Notes under the pieces: generated by a model
What the model was told of the DNA's origin: nothing
Seen by the model: the letters and a program-made list of their open reading frames with translations, nothing else
Databases searched by the model: none
Translations under genes and position numbers: made by a program
Shown here: positions 8,049 to 18,417 of the stretch, one piece after another
Layout: every line of letters begins with the position of its first letter
Position numbering within the stretch: position 1 is the stretch's first letter
Source of the DNA: Mangrovimonas sp. YM274
GTDB taxonomy: Bacteria; Bacteroidota; Bacteroidia; Flavobacteriales; Flavobacteriaceae
Assembly (NCBI RefSeq): GCF_030908385.1
Contig: NZ_CP133091.1
Location: 1,658,128-1,722,127 of the forward strand
DNA length: 64,000 nucleotides
Reading direction: 5' to 3'

Positions 8049-9359
8049 ATGAAGCATCGATTATATATTTTTGTAACAACGCTATTAGGCCTGCAGTTTT
8101 TAGGGAATGCCCAAAACCAAGTGCCAATTGCTAAATCGGAGGTTTTGAATGCTGTGGTTGAATCCAACCATAGCCTAAAAATTTCCGAAGAACAGTTCAA
8201 TGCCGCAAGGGCAGATTTTAGGCAGACCAATGCTGTCTTTTTGCCAAACATTACGGCATCGCATACAGGGATTTCTACAACTAATCCCTTAATGGCCTTT
8301 GGTTCTAAATTGAACCAAGAAATAGTAACGGCCGCCGATTTCAATCCTGATCTTTTAAACGATCCACAGCAAATTCAAAATTTCGCTACCAAGTTCGAGA
8401 TTCAACAACCCTTGATCAATGTGGATGGCTTTTACCAACGTAAGGCTGCTAAATCCAAAATGGAAGCCACAGCACTACAAAGTGTGCGTACCAAAGACTA
8501 TCTCACGTTTGAAGTGGATAAAGCCTATATGCAATTGCAATTGGCTTATAAAGGCGTAGAGGTGTTGGAACAGGCTTTGGAAGCTGCTTTGGCCAACAAG
8601 CAATTGGCAGACAATAGTTACACTCAGGGCTACTTGCAAAAATCGGATGTATTGGCTGTTGAGGTTCGTGTAACCGAAGTGAGAAACCAATTGCAAACGG
8701 CCAAGAGCCAAGTGCAAAACGCTTCAAACTACATCTCTTTTTTAATGAATACAAGTCAAGATGTGGTGTACCTTCCAACAGATACGCTTGAAGCTAATAT
8801 GTTTACGGAAGAGAATGCCTTAATGATTTCCAAAGAACGTTCAGATATCAAGGCGATGGAGTTGGCAAGCAATGCCTATGAAACCCAATACAAGGCCGAT
8901 AAAATGACCTTTTTACCACGTCTTAATGCTTTTGGAAGTTATGAGTTGTATGACGATCAAATTTTCCATGCTGATGCCAGTGGGTATCTGTTTGGGGCCT
9001 CTTTGAGCTGGAACATTTTGGAGGGAACCAAACGTTTTGGAAAAGCCCAAAAGAGTAGAGCCGAGTTTGAAACTTCCAAACTTCAGTATGAACAATATGT
9101 TTCACAAAGCCAAATGGAACTTAACAAAGCCAAGCGGATGTTGAATGATGCCAAAAACAGATTGCAACTGTCCAAACTGGCTTTGGATCAATCGGAAGAA
9201 TCTTTGCGCATCAGAACCAATCGTTTTGAGGAAGGATTGGAGAAAACCACCGATTTGTTGATGTCTGAGACACTATACGCCCAAAAGCAATTGGAATATT
9301 ACCAAACTATTTTTGAATATAACTATGCACAGGCTTATGTGCAGTTTCTAACCAAATAA
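8049..9359 (+). CDS. TolC-family outer-membrane efflux protein
   Basis: 436 aa. It has a signal peptide and the two-repeat TolC architecture with coiled-coil-rich halves. It is the first gene of an OMP-adaptor-RND operon. Confidence 0.85.
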   Translation: MKHRLYIFVTTLLGLQFLGNAQNQVPIAKSEVLNAVVESNHSLKISEEQFNAARADFRQTNAVFLPNITASHTGISTTNPLMAFGSKLNQEIVTAADFNPDLLNDPQQIQNFATKFEIQQPLINVDGFYQRKAAKSKMEATALQSVRTKDYLTFEVDKAYMQLQLAYKGVEVLEQALEAALANKQLADNSYTQGYLQKSDVLAVEVRVTEVRNQLQTAKSQVQNASNYISFLMNTSQDVVYLPTDTLEANMFTEENALMISKERSDIKAMELASNAYETQYKADKMTFLPRLNAFGSYELYDDQIFHADASGYLFGASLSWNILEGTKRFGKAQKSRAEFETSKLQYEQYVSQSQMELNKAKRMLNDAKNRLQLSKLALDQSEESLRIRTNRFEEGLEKTTDLLMSETLYAQKQLEYYQTIFEYNYAQAYVQFLTK

Positions 9360-9384
9360 ATTACTAAGCAAGACAGATATACAT

Positions 9385-10461
9385 ATGAAAACATTATACA
9401 CATTATCAATCGTAGCTGTAACAGCATTGTTTATGAGCTGCGGAAGCAAGGACGCAAAACAGGAAGCGCAAAAGGGACCAGCAGTAGCCGTAACCGTAAG
9501 TCCTGTTAAGGCTGATGGAAATAGCACATTTTTAAGTGTTAGCGGGAAAGTACAGGCCGTAAACAGTGCCGATTTGAGCACCCGTTTTATGGGGTATGTA
9601 AATAGTGTCCCTGTAAAAGTAGGAGACCAAGTTAGAAAGGGTCAATTGTTGGTAGCTATCAATAATAGTGACCTTGAGGCCAAGCGCGCACAAATCAATG
9701 CGGGAATTACCCAAGCCACTGCAGCGTTTAAAAATGCCGAAAAGGATTATAACCGCTACAAAAACCTATTTGCACAAAACAGTGCTACCCAAAAGGAATT
9801 TGATGATATTACGGCTAGATATGATATGGCAGCGGCCAATCTAGAGGCGGCTAAACAGCAGAAAAATGAAATCAATGCCCAAATGGCCTATACCAATATT
9901 ACCGCGCCTTTTAATGGAGTGGTAACAGCTACTACGGTAAAGGCAGGAGATATGGCGAATCCAGGAATGCCATTGGTATCCGTGGAAGGTCCTGGGAACT
10001 TTGAGGTTATTGCCATGGTACCGGAATCGGATATTTCAAAAGTGGCCAAAAATCAAAAAGTAGAGGTATTGGTAAAAGCAACCAATAAAACCTATGAAGG
10101 GAACGTAGCGGAAGTAAGTACTTCAGCAAAACATACCGGAGGGCAATATGTGGTAAAAATAGCCTTGCCTAAAGCAGATGATAAGATTCTGTCAGGCATG
10201 TTTGCCACAGTACAATTCCCTATGGAAGGCACTACCCAAAAACAAATGGTTTTGTTGCCAACTTCAGCAATTGTTACCAAGGGACAATTAACGGGAGTCT
10301 ATACGGTAAGCCAAAATAACACCGCAGTATTACGTTGGTTACGATTGGGGCGTACCTATGGAGATCAAGTAGAAGTATTGTCTGGTTTGGATAGCAGTGA
10401 AACCTATATCGTTTCAGCTGAAGGTAAATTATACAACGGAGCTTCAATAACCATTAAATAA
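9385..10461 (+). CDS. Efflux RND transporter periplasmic adaptor subunit (HlyD/MFP family) lipoprotein
   Basis: 358 aa. It has the lipobox LFMSC, a biotinyl-like hairpin (VKVGDQVRKGQLLVAI) and a coiled-coil segment. Confidence 0.9.
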   Translation: MKTLYTLSIVAVTALFMSCGSKDAKQEAQKGPAVAVTVSPVKADGNSTFLSVSGKVQAVNSADLSTRFMGYVNSVPVKVGDQVRKGQLLVAINNSDLEAKRAQINAGITQATAAFKNAEKDYNRYKNLFAQNSATQKEFDDITARYDMAAANLEAAKQQKNEINAQMAYTNITAPFNGVVTATTVKAGDMANPGMPLVSVEGPGNFEVIAMVPESDISKVAKNQKVEVLVKATNKTYEGNVAEVSTSAKHTGGQYVVKIALPKADDKILSGMFATVQFPMEGTTQKQMVLLPTSAIVTKGQLTGVYTVSQNNTAVLRWLRLGRTYGDQVEVLSGLDSSETYIVSAEGKLYNGASITIK

Positions 10462-10470
10462 GCAGAACAG

Positions 10471-13400
10471 ATGAAAGAAGGTTTAGCAGGAAAAATAGCC
10501 AAGAGCTTTATAGGCTCTAAGCTTACAGTGCTCCTTATGATTGTGTTTATGGTCATTGGGGTCTATAGTTCATTTTTAATTCCTAGGGAAGAAGAGCCAC
10601 AAATTGATGTGCCTATGGCTGATATTTTTGTGGGGTATCCTGGCGCTAGCCCAACTGAGGTTGAGTCGCGTGTGATCAAGCCCTTGGAAAAATTGATTAG
10701 CAATATCAAAGGGGTAGAATATGTGTATTCTACGTCTATGAAAGAGCAGGGAATGGTGATCGTTCAGTTTTATGTGGGCGAGGACATCGAGCGTTCCTTT
10801 GTAAAGCTGTACAATGAGATTAACAAACATATGGATCAAATGCCACAGGGGGTAACCATGCCTTTGGTGAAAACGCGTGCCATAGACGACGTGCCTATGT
10901 TGGGATTGACCTTGTGGAGCGAAACTTATGACGATTACCAATTGGGACAAATGGCCCAAGAGCTTCGAAACGAAATTGAAAAGGTAGGAGATGTTGCCAT
11001 TACCCATAAAATTGGAGGACGCGACAGACAGCTTCGTGTGGTTTTGGATAAAGATAAATTGGCAGCTAGTGGATTGGACTTTTTGGAAGTATCCAAAATG
11101 ATTCAGGCCAATAATGCCCAAATGGGAGCAGGAAGCTTTGATAAGAACGATACCGAATTTTTGGTGAGCTCCGGAGATTTCCTAAAAACCGTGAGCGATG
11201 TTGAGAATTTGGTGGTAGGTGTTCAGGATAACAAACCTATTTACCTAAAGCAGGTTTCCAAGATCATCGACGGACCAGAAGTGCCAGTCAACTATGTGAG
11301 TTTAGGATTTGGACAGGGAAGTGAAAAGGCAGCTGAGTTTCCTTCGGAATATGCAGCGGTAACTATTTCGGTAGCCAAAAGAAAGGGTGCCGATGCCATG
11401 AAAATTGCCGATGTGATCCTCGACAAAGTATCGCATTTGGAAAGAACCTTAATTCCTGACGATGTGCATGTGGAAGTTACCCGTAACTATGGAGAAACCG
11501 CTTCACATAAAGTGTCGGAATTGTTATTGCACCTTATCGGTTCTATCATTGCTGTAACCTTTGTGGTAATGTTGGCCATGGGATGGCGTGGTGGTTTGGT
11601 GGTGTTTTTATCGGTGCCTATCACTTTTGCCTTGACCTTGTTGAGCTACTACATGCTGGATTACACATTGAATAGAATTACGCTTTTCGCTTTGGTATTC
11701 GTAACGGGTATTGTGGTTGATGACTCCATTATTATAGCAGAAAACATGCATAGGCATTTCAAAATGAAACGCTTGCCGTTTAAGCAGGCCGCCTTATATG
11801 CGATCAATGAAGTTGGAAACCCTACTATTCTAGCGACTTTCACGGTAATTGCTTCGGTATTGCCAATGGCCTTTGTATCTGGATTGATGGGGCCTTATAT
11901 GGCACCAATGCCAATTGGGGCGTCCATAGCGATGATTCTGTCTCTGTTTGTAGCCTTGACCATCACACCGTATTTAGGGTACATATTTTTACGTGAAAAG
12001 GATAACAAGCAGCATAAAGAGAAAACTGAGAAGCCTCTGGAAGATACCTTTATCTTCAGAATGTATAACAAATTTGAGCGCCCCTTATTGGAAAACCGCT
12101 TCAAACGTTGGATGTTCCTAGGGTTTACCTTTGTCTTATTGCTAGGGTCTATGGGACTGTTTATGACCAATTCCGTAGCGGTGAAAATGTTGCCTTTTGA
12201 TAACAAAAATGAATTTCAGGTGGTAATTGACATGCCGGAAGGCACCACTTTGGAGCGTACTGCTATAGTGGCTCAGGAAATTTCACAATATCTTTCTACT
12301 AGGCCGGAAGTGGTGAGCTATCAAAATTATATTGGGACTTCAGCGCCAATTACTTTTAATGGATTGGTAAGACACTACGATTTGCGTGGTGGTAGCAATA
12401 TGGCTGATATTCAGGTAAACCTTATTGATAAAGGGGAGCGTAGTGCACAGAGTCATGATATTGCCAAGTTACTGCGTCCGGATATTCAAAAGATTGCGGC
12501 TAAGTACAATGCCAATGTGAAATTGGTGGAAGTACCGCCAGGGCCTCCAGTTTTGTCAACCATTGTTGCTGAGGTGTACGGTCCAGATTATGATGAGCAA
12601 ATTGCTATTGCCGACAGCATTCAAACCATTCTTAAAAATACCGATGATGTGGTGGATATCGATTGGATGGTAGAAGCAGATCAGGTGGAGTATGAGTTTG
12701 TTATCAATAAGGAAAAGGCCATGTTGTACGGTGTGGCTCCGCAGCAGATTACACATACCTTGAATTTGGCTTTGTCCAATCGTGCGATTACCAATTTGTA
12801 CGATGAGGATGCCTTCCGTCAAGTTGGTTTGGTGTTGAGTTTGGATGAAAAAGAAAAGTCCACCATTCAGGATATTGCCCAGTTGCAAGTGAAATCTCAA
12901 ATGGGGAATATGGTATCCATTAGTGATTTGGTAGACATCAACCCGGTAACCCGAGCTAAGAGTATCTATAGAAAGAACCAAAAGCGTGTGGTATATGTAT
13001 TGGCCGATATGGCTGGAACTTTGGAAAGCCCTGCCTATGCCATTTTAGGAATGGAAAAGAAACTGAAAGAGATCGATTTACCTGAAGGCTATGCTTTGGA
13101 GGAATTATACATCAACCAACCCGAGTTTGAAGATGACTATACTGTAAAATGGGATGGTGAATGGCAAATTACCTTGGAAGTATTCAGGGATTTGGGAATT
13201 GCCTTTATGGGAGCCATTATCTTGATCTACATCTTAATTGTAGGTTGGTTCCAAAACTTTAAAGCACCTGTGGTAATGATGGTGGCCATACCATTATCAT
13301 TGATCGGGATTATTTTAGGACACTGGATTATGGGGGCATTTTTTACTGCGACCTCATTTATCGGAATGATTGCCCTTGCGGGAATCATGGTACGGAACTC

Positions 13401-13665
13401 GGTATTGTTAATTGATTTTATCAACCTAAGAGTAGCCGAAGGGGTGCCACTGAAACAGGCTGCCATTGAAGCGGGAGCTGTGCGTACCACGCCAATTTTG
13501 TTAACGGCAGGTACGGTAGTAATTGGAGCCTTTGTGATTTTGTTCGATCCTATTTTCCAAGGGTTGGCAATCTCCCTAATGGGAGGGACTATTGTGTCCA
13601 CAGTATTTACCTTGCTGGTAGTGCCATTGGTATACTATATGATAGAGCGTAAAAAGCATAATTAA
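10471..13665 (+). CDS. RND efflux permease, heavy-metal-efflux-like (CusA/CzcA-type features)
   Basis: 1064 aa with 12 TM helices. TM4 carries VVDDSIIIAEN. The N-terminal periplasmic segment YPGASPTEVE resembles CzcA/CusA. Confidence 0.85.
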   Translation: MKEGLAGKIAKSFIGSKLTVLLMIVFMVIGVYSSFLIPREEEPQIDVPMADIFVGYPGASPTEVESRVIKPLEKLISNIKGVEYVYSTSMKEQGMVIVQFYVGEDIERSFVKLYNEINKHMDQMPQGVTMPLVKTRAIDDVPMLGLTLWSETYDDYQLGQMAQELRNEIEKVGDVAITHKIGGRDRQLRVVLDKDKLAASGLDFLEVSKMIQANNAQMGAGSFDKNDTEFLVSSGDFLKTVSDVENLVVGVQDNKPIYLKQVSKIIDGPEVPVNYVSLGFGQGSEKAAEFPSEYAAVTISVAKRKGADAMKIADVILDKVSHLERTLIPDDVHVEVTRNYGETASHKVSELLLHLIGSIIAVTFVVMLAMGWRGGLVVFLSVPITFALTLLSYYMLDYTLNRITLFALVFVTGIVVDDSIIIAENMHRHFKMKRLPFKQAALYAINEVGNPTILATFTVIASVLPMAFVSGLMGPYMAPMPIGASIAMILSLFVALTITPYLGYIFLREKDNKQHKEKTEKPLEDTFIFRMYNKFERPLLENRFKRWMFLGFTFVLLLGSMGLFMTNSVAVKMLPFDNKNEFQVVIDMPEGTTLERTAIVAQEISQYLSTRPEVVSYQNYIGTSAPITFNGLVRHYDLRGGSNMADIQVNLIDKGERSAQSHDIAKLLRPDIQKIAAKYNANVKLVEVPPGPPVLSTIVAEVYGPDYDEQIAIADSIQTILKNTDDVVDIDWMVEADQVEYEFVINKEKAMLYGVAPQQITHTLNLALSNRAITNLYDEDAFRQVGLVLSLDEKEKSTIQDIAQLQVKSQMGNMVSISDLVDINPVTRAKSIYRKNQKRVVYVLADMAGTLESPAYAILGMEKKLKEIDLPEGYALEELYINQPEFEDDYTVKWDGEWQITLEVFRDLGIAFMGAIILIYILIVGWFQNFKAPVVMMVAIPLSLIGIILGHWIMGAFFTATSFIGMIALAGIMVRNSVLLIDFINLRVAEGVPLKQAAIEAGAVRTTPILLTAGTVVIGAFVILFDPIFQGLAISLMGGTIVSTVFTLLVVPLVYYMIERKKHN

Positions 13666-13677
13666 AAAACACAGGAA

Positions 13678-13983
13678 ATGAAATTAGTAATAGTTACGGC
13701 TGTAGAAGACTTTCAAAAGGACGTCTTAAAACTCTTTAGGCAAGCCAATATTGAGAGTTTTAGTAGTTCGGATATTGATGGTTATAAAAACGTACCCGCT
13801 GTATTGGCAACTAGCAGTTGGTTTCCGGGAGAATCCAGCGGAAATGAGTCCATCTTGTTCTTCTCCTTTACAGAAGAAACCAATATAGACCTATTGTTTA
13901 AGTTGATAGAGGAATTCAACAGCCATATGGAAACCAATAACCCAATAAGGGCGATTGTTATTCCTATAGAAAAGAGTATTTAA
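13678..13983 (+). CDS. Small P-II-like (DUF3240-like) protein associated with the RND pump
   Basis: 101 aa. The N-terminus MKLVIVTAVEDFQKDVLKLFRQANI resembles a P-II beta-alpha-beta start. It begins 10 nt after the RND stop. Confidence 0.4.
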   Translation: MKLVIVTAVEDFQKDVLKLFRQANIESFSSSDIDGYKNVPAVLATSSWFPGESSGNESILFFSFTEETNIDLLFKLIEEFNSHMETNNPIRAIVIPIEKSI

Positions 13984-14001
13984 CACTAAAAATATAAAGT
14001 T

Positions 14002-14211
14002 ATGATGAATAGATATATCCGTGTTATTGCAGGGACGTTTATAATTATTAGCGTATTGCTTGGCATGTTTGTAAACGAAAATTGGTTATGGTTTACCTTA
14101 TTTGTAGGGGCCAACTTGTTGCAGTCTGGAATTACCAAATGGTGTTTGATGGAGGACATCCTTTCAAAGTTTGGTGTAAAGAAGGAAGGCGATTGTTGCG
14201 CTTCCAAATAA
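14002..14211 (+). CDS. DUF2892 (YgaP-like) small membrane protein
   Basis: 69 aa. The pattern R..R...G......G......W..L.GANLLQSGIT.WC matches DUF2892 proteins. Confidence 0.6.
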   Translation: MMNRYIRVIAGTFIIISVLLGMFVNENWLWFTLFVGANLLQSGITKWCLMEDILSKFGVKKEGDCCASK

Positions 14212-14231
14212 AGGTTGTTTTTGGTTACTGC

Positions 14232-14264
14232 AAAACGCCCACTGAACACAGTGGGCGTTTTTTC
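14232..14264 (+). terminator. Rho-independent terminator at the end of the efflux operon
   Basis: A perfect 10 bp stem acgcccactg / cagtgggcgt with loop aaca is followed by a T6 tract. Confidence 0.65.
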
Positions 14265-14317
14265 TTCGGCATAGAGCAATAGGGCAGATGACTATATGAT
14301 ATGCCTTTTTTATATAT

Positions 14318-15205
14318 CTAAACCGTTTCAATTTTTAAAGAAGTCATAGTCAGCGATCCCGCAACCGGCTTATCATTAAAAAGAGTTACTTTTTCATTTT
14401 TGTCCTTTAGGGCCAAGGTGTAAAGCAACGGCAAATAATGTTCTGGGGTAGGGATGGCTAAATCAAAGGCCTTTCCTTGAAACCTGAAGTTGATAAGGTT
14501 TTGGTGATTGTCATCCAGAATATAGCTTTTCATTTTTTCATTAGCTTCAGTCGCCCAATCGTATGCAAATTCTTCATTAAGTTTATTCCAGGCCACCATA
14601 CGAAGGTTGTGAACCATGTTTCCACTACCTATAATCAAAACGCCTTTATGGCGAAGTTTTTCTATTTCCTTAGCCAATTCATAGTGATATCTAGGAGATT
14701 GCGTATAATCAATACTCATTTGGATGACAGGGATATCTGCATTAGGGTACAGGTGCTTGATAACACTCCAAGCGCCATGGTCCAGTCCCCATTTTTCATC
14801 CAAACCAACATTTGTTTTGGTTATTAGATTTTTGGTTTCCTGCGCCAATTCTGGGCTGCCCGGTGCGGGATATTGCACATCGAACAACGCTTGGGGGAAT
14901 CCACCAAAATCGTGAATGGTAGGTGGGGTTTGCATGGCCGTAACAAAGGTACCTTTAGTTTCCCAGTGGGCCGAGATACAAAGAATGGCATTGGGACGAA
15001 TGAGCTCTTGACCTAATTTTCTAAAGGCCTGCACAAATTCATTTTCTTCAATGGCATTCATGGGGCTACCGTGACCTAGGAATAATACAGGCATTTTGCC
15101 TGTATTACTCATGGATGCGGTCATTTTATTTAAATCTTTTAAATTCATACTAGCACTTATTAAAGGTAATAACGCCAAGGATTTTAAGAATTTTGTTCTC
15201 TCCAT
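14318..15205 (-). CDS. Class III extradiol ring-cleavage dioxygenase (YgiD / 4,5-DOPA dioxygenase family)
   Basis: 295 aa. It has the conserved LFLGHGSPMNA and ISAHW motifs. Confidence 0.8.
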   Translation of the reverse strand: MERTKFLKSLALLPLISASMNLKDLNKMTASMSNTGKMPVLFLGHGSPMNAIEENEFVQAFRKLGQELIRPNAILCISAHWETKGTFVTAMQTPPTIHDFGGFPQALFDVQYPAPGSPELAQETKNLITKTNVGLDEKWGLDHGAWSVIKHLYPNADIPVIQMSIDYTQSPRYHYELAKEIEKLRHKGVLIIGSGNMVHNLRMVAWNKLNEEFAYDWATEANEKMKSYILDDNHQNLINFRFQGKAFDLAIPTPEHYLPLLYTLALKDKNEKVTLFNDKPVAGSLTMTSLKIETV

Positions 15206-15217
15206 TTCATAAACAAT

Positions 15218-15748
15218 TTATGAAACTTGTTTTACAAATTGCACTTCTGCTAAAATTCTAACCTCTTCGCCAACCAGAACACCTCCTGTTTCCAAAGCGG
15301 CATTCCAATTTAATTCCCAGTCTTTACGATTTATTTTTCCTGTGATTTCCAAAGCCAATTTTTCATTGCCCCATGGATCTTTATTGGTTCCGCCGTAGGT
15401 GACATTTAAAGCTACTTCATTACTAATGCCTTTGATGGTAAGTAAGCCTTTCAGTTTGTATTCATCATCATCTACTTTATTGAAGGATTTGCCTTCAAAA
15501 GTAATGGTTTCGTGGTTTTCAACATCGAAAAAGTCAGCGCTTTTTAGGTGGGTGTCCCGTTCGGTGTTGTGAGTGGAAATAGAACCAGCCTGAATGGTTG
15601 CCGTTACTGGTGTGTTAAAGAAATCGTCTCCATTTACAGAGGCTTCAAACTCGGTGAAACTTCCTTTGACATTAGAAATCATTAAGTGTTTTACTTTAAA
15701 ACCTATTTCGCTGTGTGTTGGGTCTATAACCCATGTTGTTGTTGCCAT
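15218..15748 (-). CDS. YceI-family polyisoprenoid-binding protein
   Basis: 176 aa. It has the YceI signature (WVIDPTHSEIGFKVKHLMISNVKGSF...). Confidence 0.85.
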   Translation of the reverse strand: MATTTWVIDPTHSEIGFKVKHLMISNVKGSFTEFEASVNGDDFFNTPVTATIQAGSISTHNTERDTHLKSADFFDVENHETITFEGKSFNKVDDDEYKLKGLLTIKGISNEVALNVTYGGTNKDPWGNEKLALEITGKINRKDWELNWNAALETGGVLVGEEVRILAEVQFVKQVS

Positions 15749-15799
15749 TTGATAAAAATTTTAATTACTGTTTCTAGTTTATTTGATATGTTTTTTGTG

Positions 15800-16387
15800 T
15801 TATTGAGCAAGTCCTATTTGTCTCATAAAATCTTGATTGTCGTAGAATAGGTATTCTTCAATCATTTTACCGTCTTTCCAATGACCTATGGTTGCCATTC
15901 TCAATTTGAATTTTTTGCCAGTTGGAGGTATGGTTTTTCCATCACCAATGGGCATTGGTTCTGAAAAAGTTCCTTCTAATTCGCCTATTACCGCGGTCCA
16001 ATCGCCACTGCCAAAGCGTACAGGGTGCTTTTCGATTTTTGTATCGGGAGCAAAAATGAACATGGGTTTTAAATCGTCTATATGAGAAGGAAACAACCCT
16101 TTTGTAGTGCTTCCGTCTGCATTGTACACTACAATATCGTCAGTATGGCTATGGCTGAATTTGTCCCATTTTTGATTGGTAAAATACTCAAAGTCTAGTG
16201 TGTCAAAAGTAGCTAGCCGCTGCTTTATTAAAGCTTCATTGGCTTTATAGCCTTGCAACTCGGCTTCTAACTTGTCTAGTTTAGTTTGAAGCTCGTTGGT
16301 GTTGTTTTGGGAACAACTGCTAAACAATGTTACGGCCACTAGCGTAACGATTGTTAGAATTCTTGAATTTTTGAATGTTGTTTTCAT
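15800..16387 (-). CDS. SnoaL-like / NTF2-fold lipoprotein (ester-cyclase-like)
   Basis: 195 aa. It has a lipoprotein signal (LFSSCSQ) followed by an NTF2-like fold pattern. Confidence 0.55.
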   Translation of the reverse strand: MKTTFKNSRILTIVTLVAVTLFSSCSQNNTNELQTKLDKLEAELQGYKANEALIKQRLATFDTLDFEYFTNQKWDKFSHSHTDDIVVYNADGSTTKGLFPSHIDDLKPMFIFAPDTKIEKHPVRFGSGDWTAVIGELEGTFSEPMPIGDGKTIPPTGKKFKLRMATIGHWKDGKMIEEYLFYDNQDFMRQIGLAQ

Positions 16388-16485
16388 GTGTAATCATTTT
16401 ATTTATAGCTGATTAAATTGCTGATACAAAGATGAAAACAATAAGCGGTTTAGTTGTTACACTAATCGGAAATAGGATTGTAGAT

Positions 16486-17319
16486 TTAGGAAACCAATAT
16501 TTTTTTCATGTCGTCTCTAAATTCACTGGGGGATTGTCCTGACTTTTTTTTGAAGACATTAGAAAAGTATGAATTTTCATTGTAGCCCAAATCATAGGCT
16601 ATTTCTGAAATGGTTTTGTCTGTGGAAATGAGCAAGTTTTTGGCCTCAATGAGTTTTCTGGTCTCAATAAGTTCCGATACGCTTTGCTCCATGATGTTTT
16701 GACATATCATGTTGAGGTTTCGTGAGGACATAAAGAGTTTTTCGGCATAAAATTCTACACCAACAGGGCGGTGGTAGTTTTCCTCCAGAATAGTGAGAAA
16801 GTTTTTAAAGGTTGTATTTTGTGTTTTTTCCAGGGGTTCGTTTGGGGTTTCCAGTTTTTTGCGTTCTACCTCAATCATTGTAAAGAGAACACTCAATAGC
16901 TGTCTTATAATAGCATAGTTAGGAGTACCTTGTTGGGTTTCTTCAAAGATCATTTGGCAGAGCTTTACCAAACGTTCTGTGCAATAGTCCTTGTTTAATT
17001 TTAAATTGGCTTGATTATGGTATAGCGAATAAAGTTGAAAGGTGCTTTCTGGGATAAACTCACTTTTAAAGCGAAGGCTCCAAATGTCGCACTTGCCATT
17101 GATAGCTTTGGGAATGACACGGTGCAATTTACCTTTGGTAATAAAGCTCACAAACGGAGCTTCGATAGTTTTGGAGTTAAAGTCTATAAAGTGTTCCAAT
17201 TCACCTTCAAGGCCAATAAGCAGTTCCTCAAAATCATGATTGTGTGGTTCATCTGGTTGTGAGGCTATTTTTTCGGCCTCGGCGGCATCAACTTTAAAAA
17301 TATGGAACAGTTTGTTCAT
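16486..17319 (-). CDS. AraC-family transcriptional regulator
   Basis: 277 aa. The C-terminal double HTH (ISEIAYDLGYNENSYFSNVFKKKSGQSPSEFR) identifies it as AraC family. Confidence 0.85.
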   Translation of the reverse strand: MNKLFHIFKVDAAEAEKIASQPDEPHNHDFEELLIGLEGELEHFIDFNSKTIEAPFVSFITKGKLHRVIPKAINGKCDIWSLRFKSEFIPESTFQLYSLYHNQANLKLNKDYCTERLVKLCQMIFEETQQGTPNYAIIRQLLSVLFTMIEVERKKLETPNEPLEKTQNTTFKNFLTILEENYHRPVGVEFYAEKLFMSSRNLNMICQNIMEQSVSELIETRKLIEAKNLLISTDKTISEIAYDLGYNENSYFSNVFKKKSGQSPSEFRDDMKKILVS

Positions 17320-17414
17320 TTTGGAACCAATTGAAATTAGCTTGAATTAATGTTTGATAGCTAACAGAAATATACAAAAAGGATTCCGTATCAGGAACCC
17401 TTTTTGTGTAATGT

Positions 17415-18257
17415 TTAAAGTGCTTGCTTAACCGATTGGGTCAAAGAAGTTGTGGGTCTTCCCAAAAGTTTTGACAATTGCTGTCCATCGTCAAATAAAT
17501 CACCTCGTGATGCAGAAACATCCCAACTAGCTAAACCTTTGGCCAGTCCTTCTGGAGCTCCAGCTTCCAATAAAATAGCGGCGTATTCTTCTTCCGGTAG
17601 ATTGTTATAGGAAATGGTTTTTCCTGATTGTTTCGATATTTCTTCGGCAAGGTCTGTTAAAGTGTAGCTTTGGTCGCCAGCAAGCTCCAATGTTTTACCC
17701 TTGTAGCTGTCATCTGTGATTACAATGGCCAAAGCTTCGGCATAATCCAATCTAGCAGCCGATGAAATTTTTCCATTTCCCGCGCTGCCAATAAAAGCCC
17801 CGTTTTCTAACGCATTTGGTATAGAAGCAGTATAGTTTTCAGAATACCAACCGTTGCGTAAAATTGTAGCATTAATACCGGAGTCGTTGAGTGCCTGCTC
17901 TGTGGAAATATGTTCGCCTGCCAAACTTAATGAGGAAGTGTCTGCGCGTAGCAAGCTGGTGTAGACAATCCAATTAACGTTCGATTTTTTTGCAGCGTCA
18001 ATAACATTTTGGTGTTGGCGAGCTCTTTGACCTATTTCGTTAGCCGAAATAAAAACCAATCTATCAATGCCTTCTAGAGACTTTTCTAAACTTGAAGGAT
18101 CATTATAATCGAATTTGCGTGTTTTGACACCTAAATTTTTGGCTTTCTCTGTGGACCGAACTAAGGCTACTAAATTCTCAGATTGTTCTCTTTTTAACAA
18201 TTCCTGTACCACTAATCCCCCTAATTGACCAGTAGCACCTGTTATACCTATTTTCAT
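17415..18257 (-). CDS. NmrA-like / atypical SDR NAD(P)H-binding oxidoreductase
   Basis: 280 aa. It has a Rossmann N-terminus (MKIGITGATGQLGG). Confidence 0.8.
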   Translation of the reverse strand: MKIGITGATGQLGGLVVQELLKREQSENLVALVRSTEKAKNLGVKTRKFDYNDPSSLEKSLEGIDRLVFISANEIGQRARQHQNVIDAAKKSNVNWIVYTSLLRADTSSLSLAGEHISTEQALNDSGINATILRNGWYSENYTASIPNALENGAFIGSAGNGKISSAARLDYAEALAIVITDDSYKGKTLELAGDQSYTLTDLAEEISKQSGKTISYNNLPEEEYAAILLEAGAPEGLAKGLASWDVSASRGDLFDDGQQLSKLLGRPTTSLTQSVKQAL

Positions 18258-18417
18258 AATGTTTGTATATTAAAGTTTCTGTTGTATATTTGATTTATAA
18301 AAGTATTTAACTAACTTTTAGTAAGTCAAATATACTATGTAAGTTTTTAATATGCAATAGGTTACGATTTCGTTAAATACTTACTTTGAAGTTAGTTATA
18401 GTAATAATCAGTCTTGT

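Noticed and set aside
10576-11121. A 181 aa ORF antisense to the RND permease gene.
   Set aside because: It lies entirely inside a strongly supported 1064 aa RND gene on the opposite strand. It has low complexity, is His-rich and has no homology features. It is a typical antisense artefact.
13986-14279. A 97 aa minus-strand ORF overlapping the DUF2892 gene and its terminator.
   Set aside because: It overlaps a plus-strand gene with a recognisable family signature and runs through the intrinsic terminator hairpin. It is probably spurious.
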